Positions 48,940 through 62,960 are shown, counted from the first letter of the whole stretch. The stretch: DNA of 63,384 nucleotides, filler included, from Octopus bimaculoides (GCF_001194135.2; 8 parts of 8 records of this genome joined end to end with filler, not necessarily neighbours in it); one strand, 5' to 3'. The notes: generated by a model not told the origin, from the sequence alone. Numbers and translations are program-made.

Positions 48940-49382
48940 AAGATAGACGTAGCTGTGTCGTAAGAGGTTTGCTTCCCAACCACATCGTTCCAGGTTCAAT
49001 CCCGCAGCGTGGCACCTCGCGCAAGTATATTCTCGGGTTAACCAAAGCCCAGTTAGTGGATTTGTCAGACGGAGACTGAAAGAAGCCGGTCTTATGTATG
49101 TATGTATATATGTATGTGTGTGTGTGTGTATGTGTGCTTGTGTGTGTGTGTGTGTGTGTGTGTGTGCCTTTGCGTCTGTGTTTGTCCCCGCCATCACTTG
49201 ACAACCGCTGTTGGAGTGTTTACGTCCCTGTAACTTAGAGGATTGGTAAAAAGAGATAGATAGAATAAGTACCAGGCTTCATACGAAAATAAGTACAATT
49301 CGTTTGACTAAAAATTCTGCAAGGCGGTGCCCCAGCACGGCCGCGGTCTGACGATTGAAACAAAAGATAAACGATAAAAAAA
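48940..49382 (+). mobile_element. SINE family A, full length, with central (TG)n
   Basis: Head, GGTTCAATCCC B-box, AGACGGAGACTGAAAGAAGCC, central microsatellite, 3' half and AAAAGATAAA tail. Confidence 0.85.
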
Positions 49383-51399
49383 TGCATGCTACATACATAA
49401 TACATACAAACATACATACCTCCATACATAAATACATGCANNNNNNNNNNNNNNNNNNNNNNNNNNNNNNNNNNNNNNNNNNNNTTAATTAATTAANNNN
49501 NNNNNNNNNNNNNNNNNNNNNNNNNNNNNNNNNNNNNNNNCAACTCGCTATAAATAAAGCGTGTTGGCGCATTTATTCAGCTGCACAGCAAAAATACAAT
49601 TAATACTTAAAACAACAACAACAATTATATAAAATAAGTACGCAGTGGTAAACGTATGCATATAGAAAGATTTGGATATTTACTCACTACTGTGTTGATT
49701 AAAATGTTTTTGGTTTATATCTCTTCGTTTTAGCTGGAGCTCCTGCATATAAGAGTTTCCTCGGCTATCTTCTCCCTTCACCCAGAAATATAAGTAGAGA
49801 CTTTTTCCCCTGTCACAATGGCACACTCTCAAATGCAACACACTTGTTTGCAATTTTCACAAAACTCCTCATGTTTGATATATTTCACACAGACAGAAAT
49901 AGTACAGGTAAGTGATACAATATGACATCATTCTGTTTTGAACATCTTAATTTCATCTTATTTGTACTTCTGTTTGTCTTTCCTCCTTTCTTCTTATATT
50001 GAGAAAGAAACATTGTTTAGCTTTTGACTAAGTATAACAAGATAAACTTTCTTGAGCCCTTATGACGTAAATAGAGATTTGAGCAAGTAAAGTTAGCAGA
50101 CGTTTTACCAATTTCGTAATATCCAGAGGTTCTAAAACAGCACTCAACGATCAAATGAAGGAATATTGATGGAAACCAAATGAACGCATACTGATATCAT
50201 AAAGTTTAATGTAAGCCAGAAAGTTCTTAGAAAACTATAGGCTCTAGGATTCATTTAGAGTTACACAAATATTGAAGTAAATATTCATGTTTATATTAGT
50301 ACAAAAGTCAAAATGCTTCGTTTTCATTTCAATTAAAGCAAAATAGGACAGCGGTATGGGACAATATTGATGTTAGAGATTAATAAGAACAGCAAAGAGG
50401 GAGATAAATTTCCATTACACCTGTATTACTATTCAGTTTTTATTTTCAGTCACTGATATTTAACTAATCTGACTAATGCACTCGAAAAAGGAACGAACTA
50501 AACGTTAAAATATTTCCTTCTTTCACGTACGATTTAGTGAGATCATGTAAGAAATTGATATTTATCAAGCAATATCGGGAGGAATCTATTGTGTTCAACT
50601 GAACAAACTATGGTGTTACAAAATTGCCCAAAATATTATTCCGTTCAAACTTTCTGTTTGTCAAGCTGATAATACTCACTACAGGATAGAAACAATAAAC
50701 TCTGTAAGCTGTGGTAGCGCAATAAGATAACAAAACATTTTGTAAGACCGTAGCATGTATATAAGCTTTCCTTAAAGGCACAATAAGGGTATTTGAATCT
50801 CATTTATTCAAGATTTACTCAGGATTTATTCAAAGATGTACTTTGATGCACTTAAAATGAAATGACTCAGAAATTATTGCACAACACACTAAAAATGTCC
50901 TCTCTTCTCTTTCAGCTGATAATTGTGGATGTTCAGGGTAAATATTATATTTATTTATATATTATGTCCACTAAATCACGTGAGCAAAATGTAAACAAAT
51001 GTGCAGGTTATTGATTACACTTTACGTGCTCAAACCTGCCTACCTATAAGCCTACATACATACAGACTGGCAGAGAGATAGGCAGGCAAACGTACGTATG
51101 TANNNNNNNNNNNNNNNNNNNNNNNNNNNNNNNNNNNNNNNNNNNNTTAATTAATTAANNNNNNNNNNNNNNNNNNNNNNNNNNNNNNNNNNNNNNNNNN
51201 NNAAATAAATAAATAAATAAAATAAAAAAATAAAAAAATAAATATATATATATATATAAATAAAATATAAAAGATAAAAAATAGTATATATATAAAATTA
51301 AAATTATTCATATATACATATTTACAGACATTCACACACATATACACACCCATACATATATATATATATACATATTTACAGACATTTTGTTGGATGGTC

Positions 51400-51925
51400 G
51401 TTGAATAGAGCATATAATGCTCCCAAGAAAAGGGGAGGGCAGAAAAGGAGGCCAGGGCTGTCAAAAATATTAAGACAAACCCTAAAGCCTTCTATAGCCA
51501 TACAAAAGAATCTTCTTCAGTACGATACAAAATAGGGCCACTAGTTGAAGAAAATGGCTCACCGACTGCTGACCCCCAGAGAATCAGTGAAATACTGAAT
51601 GTGCAATACAAGAATGCTTTCACCACTCCACTGGAACACTTGCAAGTAGCTATGCCTGATGAATTCTTCAGCTCCACAGATCTACACAACAAAATGGTAA
51701 TTATTGATAGCGCCAACATAGAGGAAACTGATGTGATATCAGTCATTGACGAGATGAGCTCAAACCCAGCAACAGGCCCTGATGGATTCCCAGCAATCCT
51801 CCTAAAGAAATGCCAAGGGGCTCTAGCATGACCACTTCAGATTCTCTTCCAGAGCTTCCTTACAACAGGGAGACTTCCCAAAAAGTTAAAGGAAGGCATT
51901 ATATGCTCTATTCATAAGAGAAGAT
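51400..51925 (+). pseudogene. CR1-clade LINE ORF2 fragment (linker and RT N-terminus)
   Basis: NIKTNPKAFYSH..IGPLVEENG..ISEILNVQYKNAFT..ATGPDGFPAILLKKC..LA*PLQILFQSFLTTGRLPKKLKEGIICSIHK. Confidence 0.85.
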
Positions 51926-53146
51926 GCTAACTTCCCATGTCAGCAAAGTCTTATTTTCTTCGATATGTAAACGTCTTTGTTATGCCAGATAATAATTTTT
52001 ATACATTAAACTTGAGGGATTATTTTCACCAGCACCAATGTCAAACCCATTTTCTACATACTCATTTCACACAGTTACAATATATTTTAGCAAAAATGCT
52101 GTTGACGTTGCATAGCTCCAGCATGGACTTGTTTAAAGGCATTCAAGCCTCGGCTATTCAGTATTGTGCTTTCAGATATTTATGGCTGTATTGTGCAATA
52201 TGTTACATAAGATGGTGATAGTGGTGTTGGTGGGAGGTATTCGAGTACAGAAGATATGACAGATTTCTTGCAGCTCCATTGTCAACGACGAAGCTCCTTG
52301 TATACATATTCATGTATGTACATGTATGAAGCACACGAATTACAGAAATATTCGTAGGTGAATATATTGTAGATATATCCAGACGTACATTCTATTTTCT
52401 GAAGTTATGTTTCCATGTTTGACCAATTACATACCCATGTACGTATCCATATACATGTATAACATCAGTAGAATTGTGTGCATGAGTGCGAGCGTTAGTT
52501 TGTATGTGTTTGTGTGCGTATGCGTGTGTTTGTAGTAAGAGTGTGCGTGTGTGTGTGTGTATGTATTGTCTGCATGGTCGTGTGCTCGTCATTCGTTCAT
52601 AATAATAGTGCTATTTACAGTTAAAAGTGAAGCTGGGATGATTGCGAATTACTAGAGACTATGTAAATAGGTGGAAGGATTTTCACTCAGAAATCGTATA
52701 ATTTAGTCTATTGGAAAGTAATTTTTAGCTGAAATCGTAATCTAAATGTCGAAACTGCCATTTCTTGAATAATTCCTTGATTCACGTATAGAATCCGATT
52801 ATCAGGTCGTGTACAAGGATTTGAATAGGAGGTAGATAATAGGATATATTCTGTAGAAATCTTCAATAGTTTTGTTAAAACATCGGATAACTTGGAGAAG
52901 CTGCACTCTTCGGGGAAATTTTCCGCTTGGTAACATGTCACTGGGAATTGCATACTTAGAAGAAGCGTTAAAAACGTAATAACACTTAATAGACAGGATT
53001 TGTTCAGCGTTCAGTAAACTAATTCGTGAAGACCTGAAATTTCAACGGAAGTGACGCCATTTTTATTAATCTCTATGATAAGTAGTAATTCTATGATGTT
53101 CCAGTCTCTAACTAAATGTTTTATAGGTAATTTGAAGCGGTGTCGT

Positions 53147-53170
53147 TGTTGCTGCTGCTGCTACTGTTGC

Positions 53171-53203
<33 letters not shown>

Positions 53204-53495
53204 TGCTTCTTCTTCTTCTTCTTCTTCTTCTTCTTCTTCTTCTTCTTCTTCTTCTCCTTCTCCTTCTTCTTCTCCTTCTCCTTCTTCTTCTTCTTCTTCT
53301 TCTTCTTCTTCTTCTTCTTCTCCTCCTTCTTCTCCTTCTCCTTCTCCTCCTCCTTCTTCTTCTTCTTCTTCTTCTTCTTCTTCTTCTTCTTCTTCTTCTT
53401 CTTCTTCTTCTTCTTCTTCTTCTTCTTCTTCTTCTTCTTCTTCTCCTCCTCCTTCTTCTTACTACTACTACTACTACTACTACTACTACCACTAC
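53147..53495. repeat. Compound (CTG)n-(CTT)n-(CTA)n microsatellite
   Basis: Three adjacent trinucleotide runs differing only at the third base. Confidence 0.95.
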
Positions 53496-53504
53496 TGGAG
53501 TGCT

Positions 53505-53708
53505 GGATTGAAGGGACCGTTAAATTGTCATAAAGAATGCTTTGCGGCATTCGTTTCGTCTCTTTACGTTCTAGGTTGACATTTCGTTGAGGTGAACATT
53601 GCTTTTCATCTTTTAGGATTCAATAAAAATAAAGTACTAGCTCTGCACTGGAGTCGATGTACTAAGACCTTGTCTCAAAATTACTTGCTTTGTGCCTAAA
53701 TCGTAAAC

Positions 53709-53763
<55 letters not shown>
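53505..53763 (+). mobile_element. Diverged SINE family B with (ATT)n tail
   Basis: GCGGCATTCG..TTTACGTTCT..GGAGTCGATGTA..CTTTGTGCCTA..ATTATT tail. Confidence 0.6.
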
Positions 53764-53764
<1 letters not shown>

Positions 53765-53769
<5 letters not shown>

Positions 53770-54445
53770 TTGACTTTTGCTTTGTATTTGTACAAGTTGA
53801 CTCCAAGTCTCACCCAAAGACCTCAAGAGACAAGTTAGAAGTTCAAGTTGGTATATTTAGTTTTGCCATGATATTGTTCTAGAGAATATTTAAGAAAACA
53901 TAAGAAAATTACAAGTTTGTTTTAAAACTTGTGATTACATAGATAGTATTTTACGTAGGATATAGGCAGGTCCCATGAGCACTATCTTTTGAATTTCTGT
54001 CATTTTGGGGCTTCCTGGTAGGAATCAGCGCCTTTTGCTATCATTCCTAGAGCACCTATGATAGCAGGCATTGATTTAGTCTTGAGGTTCCACACTTTGC
54101 CAATTCCTATTTCAAGATCTCTATACTAGCTCAGTTTTTGGTAGATCTTGACAGATACATTTATGTCGATTGGGGCAGTTATATCAATGAGGAGGCATGA
54201 TTTTTGTCTAAAGTCTTTCATTATAATGTCTGGCCTATTCACATCTATCTTTCTGTCAAATTGAACGGCGAAGTTCCAGAAGAGTGAGGTGTGATCATTT
54301 TGAAGCACTGGAGGTGGTTTGTGTTCCCACCAGTTTTTATCATGGAGCAGGTCCGGTCCGGTGAATATATTGTGCTGCTATATCACGCCTGTTGAAATAC
54401 TCTGTACGCGATAGAAGAATGCACATGGAGACATGATCAATGGTT
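53765..54445 (-). mobile_element. R4/Dong-like 3' fragment (subfamily 3)
   Basis: ETIDHVSMC..LFWNFAVQFDRKIDVNRPDIIMKD..LLIDITAPID..KVWNLKTKSMPAIIGALG; 3' end abuts (ATT)n. Confidence 0.85.
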
Positions 54446-54453
54446 TCATTTTG

Positions 54454-54520
<67 letters not shown>

Positions 54521-54539
54521 GTTGTTGTTGTTGTTGTTT

Positions 54540-54757
54540 TTGCACAGCTTGTAACACTGGAGATGTACCATGGTGTCAGCTGTTCATTACCAGTGAACTA
54601 AGGTATCACTCCTTATTTTTCGAGTACCATCGGAGTATTCGAGCAGTTCCAAGCAGTGCTGCTTTATGCAAGTGATCCACCCTTATTGCAGCCCCTATTC
54701 GTTCCATGTACTTCTCAAGATTTTTACTCACTGTTCCAGGGCTCCGACAATTATCGG

Positions 54758-54829
<72 letters not shown>

Positions 54830-56008
54830 CTTTTTCATCAACCACAACTGCTTCACGTCCGAAACTAACCTATCATATCTATCGGCTTTTCTTTCTTCCT
54901 TATCGCATACCTTGTTGTCAGCTGGATATGCTATATCTCTGATCCAGCATCGTTTGATTTCTTTCTCAATTAACACTATGTCTGGTTTCCTGTTCTCTAT
55001 CTCATGGTCGCACTGAATCATAAAACCCCACAGGATCTTTGCATTATCATTTTCGATGATGCCTTTGGGTTTATGTTTGTACCACTCTTTTGCACTGTCA
55101 AGTCCATACTTGTTGCAAACTGTCCAATGGACAATACTTGCTATATTGTCATGACGTCTCTTATATTCTTTCTGGCCTAGTGGCGTACATTGACTTGTAA
55201 TATGCCATACGGTTTTACCATTTTGTCCATAGATTCTGCACGTATCACTTTCTTAATGTGTTATCTATTCTGTATTTGGTGTAATTGGTTCTAAATGCTT
55301 GCTCCTGGGAAGCACAGATTAGAGCCTCCGTTTCCGGTTTTAAATCACTTTTAGTCATCCATAGCCATCTTTTTTCTCTGCCAGTCTTGTCTTCAACCTC
55401 CTTATGAAATTGTCCATGCATTCTTTTCTTTATCCACCTATTTTCAATTTCATTCATTCTCAATTGCATGTACAGTGCTTTATCTTTGCAATCTTTCATC
55501 CTGTACAAGCCTGAACTTACTTCCAATAATAGCGGTTCTGTGGCATTTTTTACGTACCATGCTATGCTGTTTTCTTCTGTTCTAATGCTGTGGTCGCATC
55601 AAATCAGTCCTCTTTCCACTCTTTTTCTTGGTACATACAGTCTGTCTGTGTAATTTTTGGGGTAGAGTATCCCATATCTAGTCAGCAACTTCTTTGTCTT
55701 TCTGTCTAAGCTGTTTAGTTCGTCTACTGTCCGTGCAATTACCCCTGTTCCATATCTAAGGAGTGAAACCGCCCAGGTGTTGATAGCTTCAATCTTATAC
55801 CGTATCAACGAGGGAACTGACTTGGGATTCATCTTTACCATGACGTTTGAGGTCATCCACGAACAACAAGTGGTTGACATTTTGTTGGCGGCTTTTGAAT
55901 TTATACCCAGCCTTTACTTTCCTCAGAATTAGTGTTAGTGGCATCATGCACAGTACAAAGATCAGTGGGAGGAAATAGTCCCCATTGGAAGATGCTTCTG
56001 ATTTGTAT
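54540..56008 (-). mobile_element. 5'-truncated R4/Dong-like LINE (subfamily 1), RT motif to 3' end
   Basis: LPLIFVLCMMPLT..NHLLFVDDLK..KIEAINTWAV..DRLYVPRK..MHGQF..LKPETEALICASQEQA..RRHDNIA..RKPDIVLIEK..ALLGTARILR. Closely similar to 39233-39862. Confidence 0.9.
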
Positions 56009-56009
56009 T

Positions 56010-56058
<49 letters not shown>

Positions 56059-56081
56059 TGATGATAATAATAATAATAATG

Positions 56082-56149
<68 letters not shown>

Positions 56150-56200
56150 TATTATTATTATTATTATTATCCTTATTATTATTATTAATATTATTATTAT
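56010..56200. repeat. (AAT)n immediately followed by complementary (ATT)n
   Basis: Switch of strand polarity at about 56148. Confidence 0.9.
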
Positions 56201-56586
56201 TTGATAGTCTCAGGCTAATTTCTAATACTTCATTCGGTACACTTCCGTGTACCTGAGGTTCATGCAGTATTGTGTTTTCATGTTTTTGTTGGTGTTGTGA
56301 GAATAAAGACTCTTCATGTTACTGCATTGTATCCGTTTGGCTTGTTCTGGAGTTTGGCTCGAGTCTTTTGCTGTATTAATGTTTGCATTGTGTCATGCGC
56401 GTAACGCGACTTGCGTCGTTCTGTTAGATATCTATCCCGTAGAGTACATGTGGAGGGTTGTCTATTTTATTAGATGTTTATTGTACAGAATGTTTCTTGG
56501 GTTTGTGGATTGTTTTATTTGGATTAACCCTAGTTCTACTGATTGCTCAGATAAGGTTTTTGCAATGTTCATGAGAATGAACTCAC

Positions 56587-56694
56587 CGTTACTATCAACG
56601 ACTGACGTGATGTACATTCTGAAGACTTCGCTATTTGGGAGGCAACCCTCAAATGCAATTCCACAAAGATTACAATTTCGAATCTACAGCTCTA
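56587..56694 (-). CDS. Probable upstream exon (5' UTR plus ATG) of the type II membrane mucin gene
   Basis: Acceptor TTTTCTTTTCTTTTTTTTTTCAG| and donor ACG|GTGAGT. ATG at 56617 with an upstream in-frame stop gives MYITSVVDSN + phase 1. Linkage to 47527 (phase 0) requires an unseen exon. Confidence 0.55.
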
Positions 56695-57206
56695 CTGAAA
56701 AAAAAAAGAAAAGAAAATGCATTAACTTTGCAGAATGGCTCGTTTTCCAGAGACAGAGCTGAAGAAAGTTAAAGGATCAGATTGAGTTCATAATGAGATA
56801 TGCCAATTTAATTGACAGATTGGGAATGCGGTGAGATTTGACTCAATGCCAAGTAGATTGTGGTTATTTGATTGATCTGCTGGCTAGATTTTATTGACCT
56901 TTGCTCTGGCGGGGTCTGTTTCTCTGAACTTGCAACTAGCCGCCATCATGTCCAGCGTTCCTACCATCTGACAGATGTTAGCCATATCGTTAGATCATAC
57001 AAAGTAAAAAAGCAAAACAAAAGCAAAAGACTATGTACGGTGGTGTTGCGTGTATATGCACGTATGTTTACACACACACACACACACACACACATGCACA
57101 CACGTACACGCACGCACACACACATATACATACATGCACACACACATATATATATACATATATATATAGTATATATTTATACACATATATATGTATATAT
57201 ACACAC

Positions 57207-57267
<61 letters not shown>

Positions 57268-57354
57268 CATATATATTTACATATATAAAACATGTATTAT
57301 ATAAATACATATACATATATATGTGTGTATCTGTATGTGTGTGTATACACAGAC

Positions 57355-57450
<96 letters not shown>

Positions 57451-58002
57451 ATATACATGCATGTATGTATGCTTAAGTGTGTGTGTCTGTGTATGTGTGC
57501 GCGCGCTAGTGCATATGTGTATATATGGGTTACAAATGGAGGCTGGGGTGTACACACAGACACAAGAAAGTGAAGAATAACGAGAATAATACTGATAGAC
57601 AAAACTGAGATAGTCTGATAGAAATAGAAAAATAGAATAATTTGACAAGCAATGACTTGAGTTTGAAGACATACCTCAGTTTGGAAATACGAATTGTGTA
57701 GATTATTTTGTGTATGGAACCGTAAGGTGGTGAGCCTGGCGGAATAATTAACGCGCTAAGCAAAAAAAAAAATTAGAAAAAAAAGAAAGAAAGAAGTCTT
57801 TTTCGGTGGTTCTTTCGTTTTTATTTTCTGAATTCAAATCCCGGGGCGGTCGATTTTAATTTTCATCTTTTCGTGATCAATGAAATAAGCACCCTGGGTC
57901 GATGTAATTCCAGTCCTTCGACTAGTGTAGAAAGAGTTATTACTATGGAAATTTAAATACATTTGTGTATGTGTCTGTATCCGTATATGCATATGTTTTA
58001 CT

Positions 58003-58119
58003 TAGTGCAGGAGTGGCTGTATGGTAAGTAGCTTGCTAACCAGCCACATGGTTCCGGGTTCAGCCCCACTGCAAGTGTCTTCTACTATAGCCTCGGGTCA
58101 ACCAAAGCTTTGTGAGTGG

Positions 58120-58173
<54 letters not shown>

Positions 58174-58388
58174 ATATGTTTGTGCGTCTGTGTTTGTCCC
58201 CTACCATCACTTGACAACCGATGCTGGTGTGCTTACATCCCCGTAACTTAGCGGTTCGGCTAAAGACACCGATAGAATAAATACTAGGCTCACTAAGAGT
58301 AAGTCCCGGGGTCGATTTGTTCGACTAAAGGCGGTGCTCCAGCATGGCCGCAGTCAGATGATTGAAACAAATCAAGGAATAAAAGAAT
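58003..58388 (+). mobile_element. SINE family A, near full length, with central (TA)n(TG)n
   Basis: GCAGGAGTGGCTGTATGGTAAGTAGCTTGC..GGGTTCAGCCCC..CTTAGCGGTTCGGC..GGCGGTGCTCCAGCATGGCCGCAGTC. A diverged SINE B lies just upstream (about 57720-57930). Confidence 0.85.
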
Positions 58389-60289
58389 ATATATATGTAT
58401 GCGTGTGTATTTCTTTTAGATTTTTTACAACCTCTGTATGAAACCTAAACTTTCATAGATCATTGCATTGTATCTCAACGATTCGTTTGAAAACTTTCTA
58501 ATACTTTCACACATCTATTGGAGTACTAAATAATTTGAAGTTACCTGAGTTAACGTTTCAGTAAAACAAAAGGCTAAATTAGTTATCATGTCACATANNN
58601 NNNNNNNNNNNNNNNNNNNNNNNNNNNNNNNNNNNNNNNNNNNNNNNNNNNNNNNNNNNNNNNNNNNNNNNNNNNNNNNNNNNNNNNNNNNNNNNNNNNN
58701 NNNNNNNNNNNNNNNNNNNNNNNNNNNNNNNNNNNNNNNNNNNNNNNNNNNNNNNNNNNNNNNNNNNNNNNNNNNNNNNNNNNNNNNNNNNNNNNNNNNN
58801 NNNNNNNNNNNNNNNNNNNNNNNNNNNNNNNNNNNNNNNNNNNNNNNNNNNNNNNNNNNNNNNNNNNNNNNNNNNNNNNNNNNNNNNNNNNNNNNNNNNN
58901 NNNNNNNNNNNNNNNNNNNNNNNNNNNNNNNNNNNNNNNNNNNNNNNNNNNNNNNNNNNNNNNNNNNNNNNNNNNNNNNNNNNNNNNNNNNNNNNNNNNN
59001 NNNNNNNNNNNNNNNNNNNNNNNNNNNNNNNNNNNNNNNNNNNNNNNNNNNNNNNNNNNNNNNNNNNNNNNNNNNNNNNNNNNNNNNNNNNNNNNNNNNN
59101 NNNNNNNNNNNNNNNNNNNNNNNNNNNNNNNNNNNNNNNNNNNNNNNNNNNNNNNNNNNNNNNNNNNNNNNNNNNNNNNNNNNNNNNNNNNNNNNNNNNN
59201 NNNNNNGTTTGTTTATGTAGTCGGCACTTAATGTATATCGGCTGAATGGACGTCAGTGATTGGTTGAAATTACAGAAATACGACAACTTTAACATGGAAT
59301 AATTTATGGATTTCTTTTTTTTTTAAAGAAGACTAAGAGAAAAAGATGTTTTATATGACACATTCTACCAGTGTTCCAAGTTTCAAAGTGTTTCGTTAAT
59401 GAAAAATGTGGCCCCCGTTTTAAAAAAGATCCCAAATTTCTTATTTACAGCAACACTTTTACTGCCATTTAGGTTTATTTGAATTCTGAAGTGTGGAGTA
59501 GAAAGATGTAACCTTCTGTTTATGTGTCGATCTACCGGTGTCGATCTAATCGACTGGCCCCCTTCCCCAAAATTTCGGGCCTTGTGCCTAGAGTAGGAAA
59601 GAATACTGATTACGCAGGTAAGGTTTCCCTGTTTCTGAAATATTTCTGTTTATTCATTTATTTTTTTCTTTCTTCAAGATTCTTATCTTCAACGAATGTG
59701 TCTGCCTTATGACAGTGAAACATTCTCTAAGCTATTAACAAGTGCTTTAACTCGTTAACTTCTTTCCGAATATATTTCGTGATTCTGGCTTTCAATGTTA
59801 ATCCCATTTAATCGAAAGTTAATACTTCATTCTTAAGCAATAATTAAATAGTATTACTACTTCCCCTATATTTTCTATTTGCTACGAATATCTCAAATAG
59901 TTATCAGCAATTTTTTACTCACAACAATTTTAGTAGAGCAAGACGTAAATTTACAAAAGCAAAAGTACGATGCGATTTCAATAATTACTTGAAGTCATTT
60001 AATATTTCCTCTCTCCAATGTCCATATAAATGAAAAAGTTAAGACAACTCCTTCACAAAGCCTGAGTGTTTTTCAATTCTTCCCTTTAAATTCGAGATCC
60101 AAACACATGTTAGTCTATTTTTATACTCTTCATCGACGTCAATTATTTTATTACCTTTTGCACTTCAGTATCACCATCACTATGTTCATGTTTTCACATT
60201 TTCTCGTATCAAAGCACATGCTTGTATATTATAACATATATTCGTATATCATATCACATATCTGGAATACTCTGTCGCTTAACCTAAAA

Positions 60290-61260
60290 GTCACAATGCA
60301 CAAAGCACTCCATCGTGAAAATAATACCAACCGAGTTTACTTACCAAGAAAAGAAGATGTGTTTTCTAAAATTAGAAGACACTGTTAATACTGCGATAGT
60401 TGGTCCGGAAATTTATGTTGTGCAGAGCAAAGAAATAATACTATCGGCAGCCAAAGATACCCCAAAAGTGACCGAAACAGTAGGAGAATTCAAAGAGAAA
60501 AAGAAGAACAGAACGAACAAGCGGAAAGAAATGGAACTACATGGCCAATTGGTGAAACAAACGGAAAATGTTGGAACTGAAGCCCCCTGGCACTGGTTGA
60601 CGGATGCGAACTTGAAATAAGAGAGAGAAACGCTAAGTATAACCACTCAGGAACAAGCCATTAGAACAAATCTCATAACGACAAAGATGCGATAGACAAC
60701 ACGTGTAAAAGCTGCAGGAGAAGAGACGAGAGTTTCCATCACATTTTGACTGAGTGCAGCATTCTAGCACAAAAAGAGTATAAACACATACACGACTGTG
60801 TAGGAGAAAGAGTGCGTTGGGATGTTAGCCAGATGCTTGGCTCCAAAACAACTGAAAAGTAGTATGAAAACGAACCAGAAACCGTGATAGAAAATGAGAA
60901 TTACAAGATCTTGGAGAACTTCGCCATAAAGACTGACAACACTACTGAGGCAAGAACTCCAGAAATGAATATAGAAGACAAAATAAAGAAACAGTGCAAG
61001 ATCATGAATTTTGCAATTCCCTTCAGTAGCAGAGTCGATGCCACAGAAATGGAAAAAAATTGAAAAATGCCAGGATCTAGCAAGAGAGTTGAGAAGACTG
61101 TGAAAGACCAAGACAACGATTATTCCAATAATATTTCGTGCACTTAGCACAAAACCCAAAATGCTAGCTAAAAGTTTGGAAGAGATTAGAATTAAAATTT
61201 GCATTATCGACCATATTCGTATAAAACGTTCTGTACTGTATGTTAGGACGCCGAGGCTAA
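60290..61260 (+). pseudogene. Old R4/Dong-like LINE fragment
   Basis: NRVYLPRKE..MELHGQLVKQ..NLK*ERETL..QEQAIRTN..HILTEC..LAQKEYKHIHD..ENENYKIL..; heavily frameshifted. Confidence 0.8.
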
Positions 61261-61639
61261 TATAAATGTACTTTAACATTATTGAAATCATCATTATTAA
61301 TAAAGAAATCATCATCATTTCCATTATCCTCTATGTCCTCCTCCTCTTCCTCATCATCAAAATCAGCAGCAGCGATGTCGCTGCTGCTGCTTGTCTGGAT
61401 GGTGGTACGGATAATGGCGTGGATAATTTCTGTTATTGCCACGAGGCAGTACACAAATTCTACAAACACAGAAGGTTTGTATGTATGTATGTATGTATGT
61501 ATGTATGTATGTATGTATGCATGTATGTATGTATGTATGTATGCATGTATGTATGTATGTATGTATGCATGCATGCATGCGTGTATGGTTATATGTATGT
61601 ATGTATGTATGTATCTATGTATGATAATATATATATATA

Positions 61640-62062
61640 TCCTTTACTCTTTTACTTTTTTCAATCATTTGACTGCGGCCATGCTGGGGCACCGCCTTTA
61701 GTCGAGCAAATCGACCCCAGGACTTATTCTTTCTAAACCTAATACCTATTCTATCGGTCTTTGGCCGAACCGCTAAGTTACGCGGACGTAAACACACCAG
61801 CATCGATTGTCAAGCGATATTGGAAGAACAAACACACATGCACATACATATATATACATATATATACGACGGGCTTCTTTCAGTTTCCGTCTACCAAATC
61901 CACTCACAAGGCTTTGGCCGTTCCGAGGCTATAGTAGAAGACATTTGCCCAAGGTGCCACGCAGTGGGACTGAACCCAGAACCATGTGGTTGGTAAGCAA
62001 GTTACTTACCACACAACCACTCCTACGCCCATAGCTATTTACCACACAGCCACTCATGCGCC
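61640..62062 (-). mobile_element. SINE family A, full length, with duplicated head
   Basis: 3' half at 61640-61835, central (TA)n, 5' half at 61863-62030. TTACCACACA(A/G)CCACTC occurs twice (about 62005 and 62038). Confidence 0.88.
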
Positions 62063-62162
62063 TAGATATATGTATATATATATATATATATACATGCATG
62101 CATACATACATACATACATACATACATACATACATGCATACATACATACATACATACATACA

Positions 62163-62193
<31 letters not shown>

Positions 62194-62194
62194 G

Positions 62195-62225
<31 letters not shown>

Positions 62226-62559
62226 ATATAATATATCTTAGAAAGAAAATCACTTGATGACGCCTCATTTTCGCTGTAATTCTCACATTTTTTCCAACCT
62301 TATATAGTAATCTCCAGAAACTTAATAATAAGGAGTCAACGTGCTTAATAACAATATTGGTTTCTCTTGAGTTTCTAGAACAGAGGGTGTGTAATCTTTT
62401 AAATCAGCTCAGTTGTTTTACTGGTGCTGATTTCAAAGACTCTAATACGGTTAGCAAATAGCATTTGAACTCAAAACATATAGAGAGAGTTAGTAATTAA
62501 ATATGGTGTCAGGCAGCGTTCAGATTACTCAGTGCACTTTATTCCATGCCTCTTCAGCC

Positions 62560-62764
62560 ATGTTTAAATCCCCTCCTCCACTTCATGTACCTTCTCCTCC
62601 TCCCCTTCATCACCATCATTGTCGTCATCATCATTGCCATCATCATTGCCATCATCATCATCATCATCATCATCGTCATCGTCGTCGTCGTCGTCATCGT
62701 CATCGTCATCATCATTATCATCATCATCATCATCGATACAATCATTAAAGTACTAACACAATTT

Positions 62765-62809
<45 letters not shown>

Positions 62810-62846
62810 AATGCTGCTGCTGCTGCTGCTTCTGCTGCAGCTGCTG

Positions 62847-62897
<51 letters not shown>

Positions 62898-62960
62898 GCT
62901 GCAGTGTTGGTAGTAGTAGTGCATGATATTGTTGTTGTTGTTGTTGTGGTTGGTGTTGTA
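62560..62960. repeat. (CAT)n, (CTA)n, (CTG)n microsatellite mosaic
   Basis: Source of poly-H/I/Y/A/T pseudo-ORFs. Confidence 0.9.

Noticed and set aside
49687-49815. Minus-strand open frame ending at a GTGAGT donor as the missing mucin-gene exon
   Set aside because: Its splice phases (2 to 1) do not bridge the phase 1 donor at 56587 and the phase 0 acceptor at 47527.
50916-50937. Plus-strand 22-nt micro-exon candidate (CTCTCTTCTCTTTCAG|...CAGG|GTAAAT)
   Set aside because: No partner exons or plus-strand gene identified; too short to support from sequence alone.
56316-56762. 148-aa plus-strand ORF
   Set aside because: Non-ATG start, no domain, and it overlaps a much better supported minus-strand exon in antisense.
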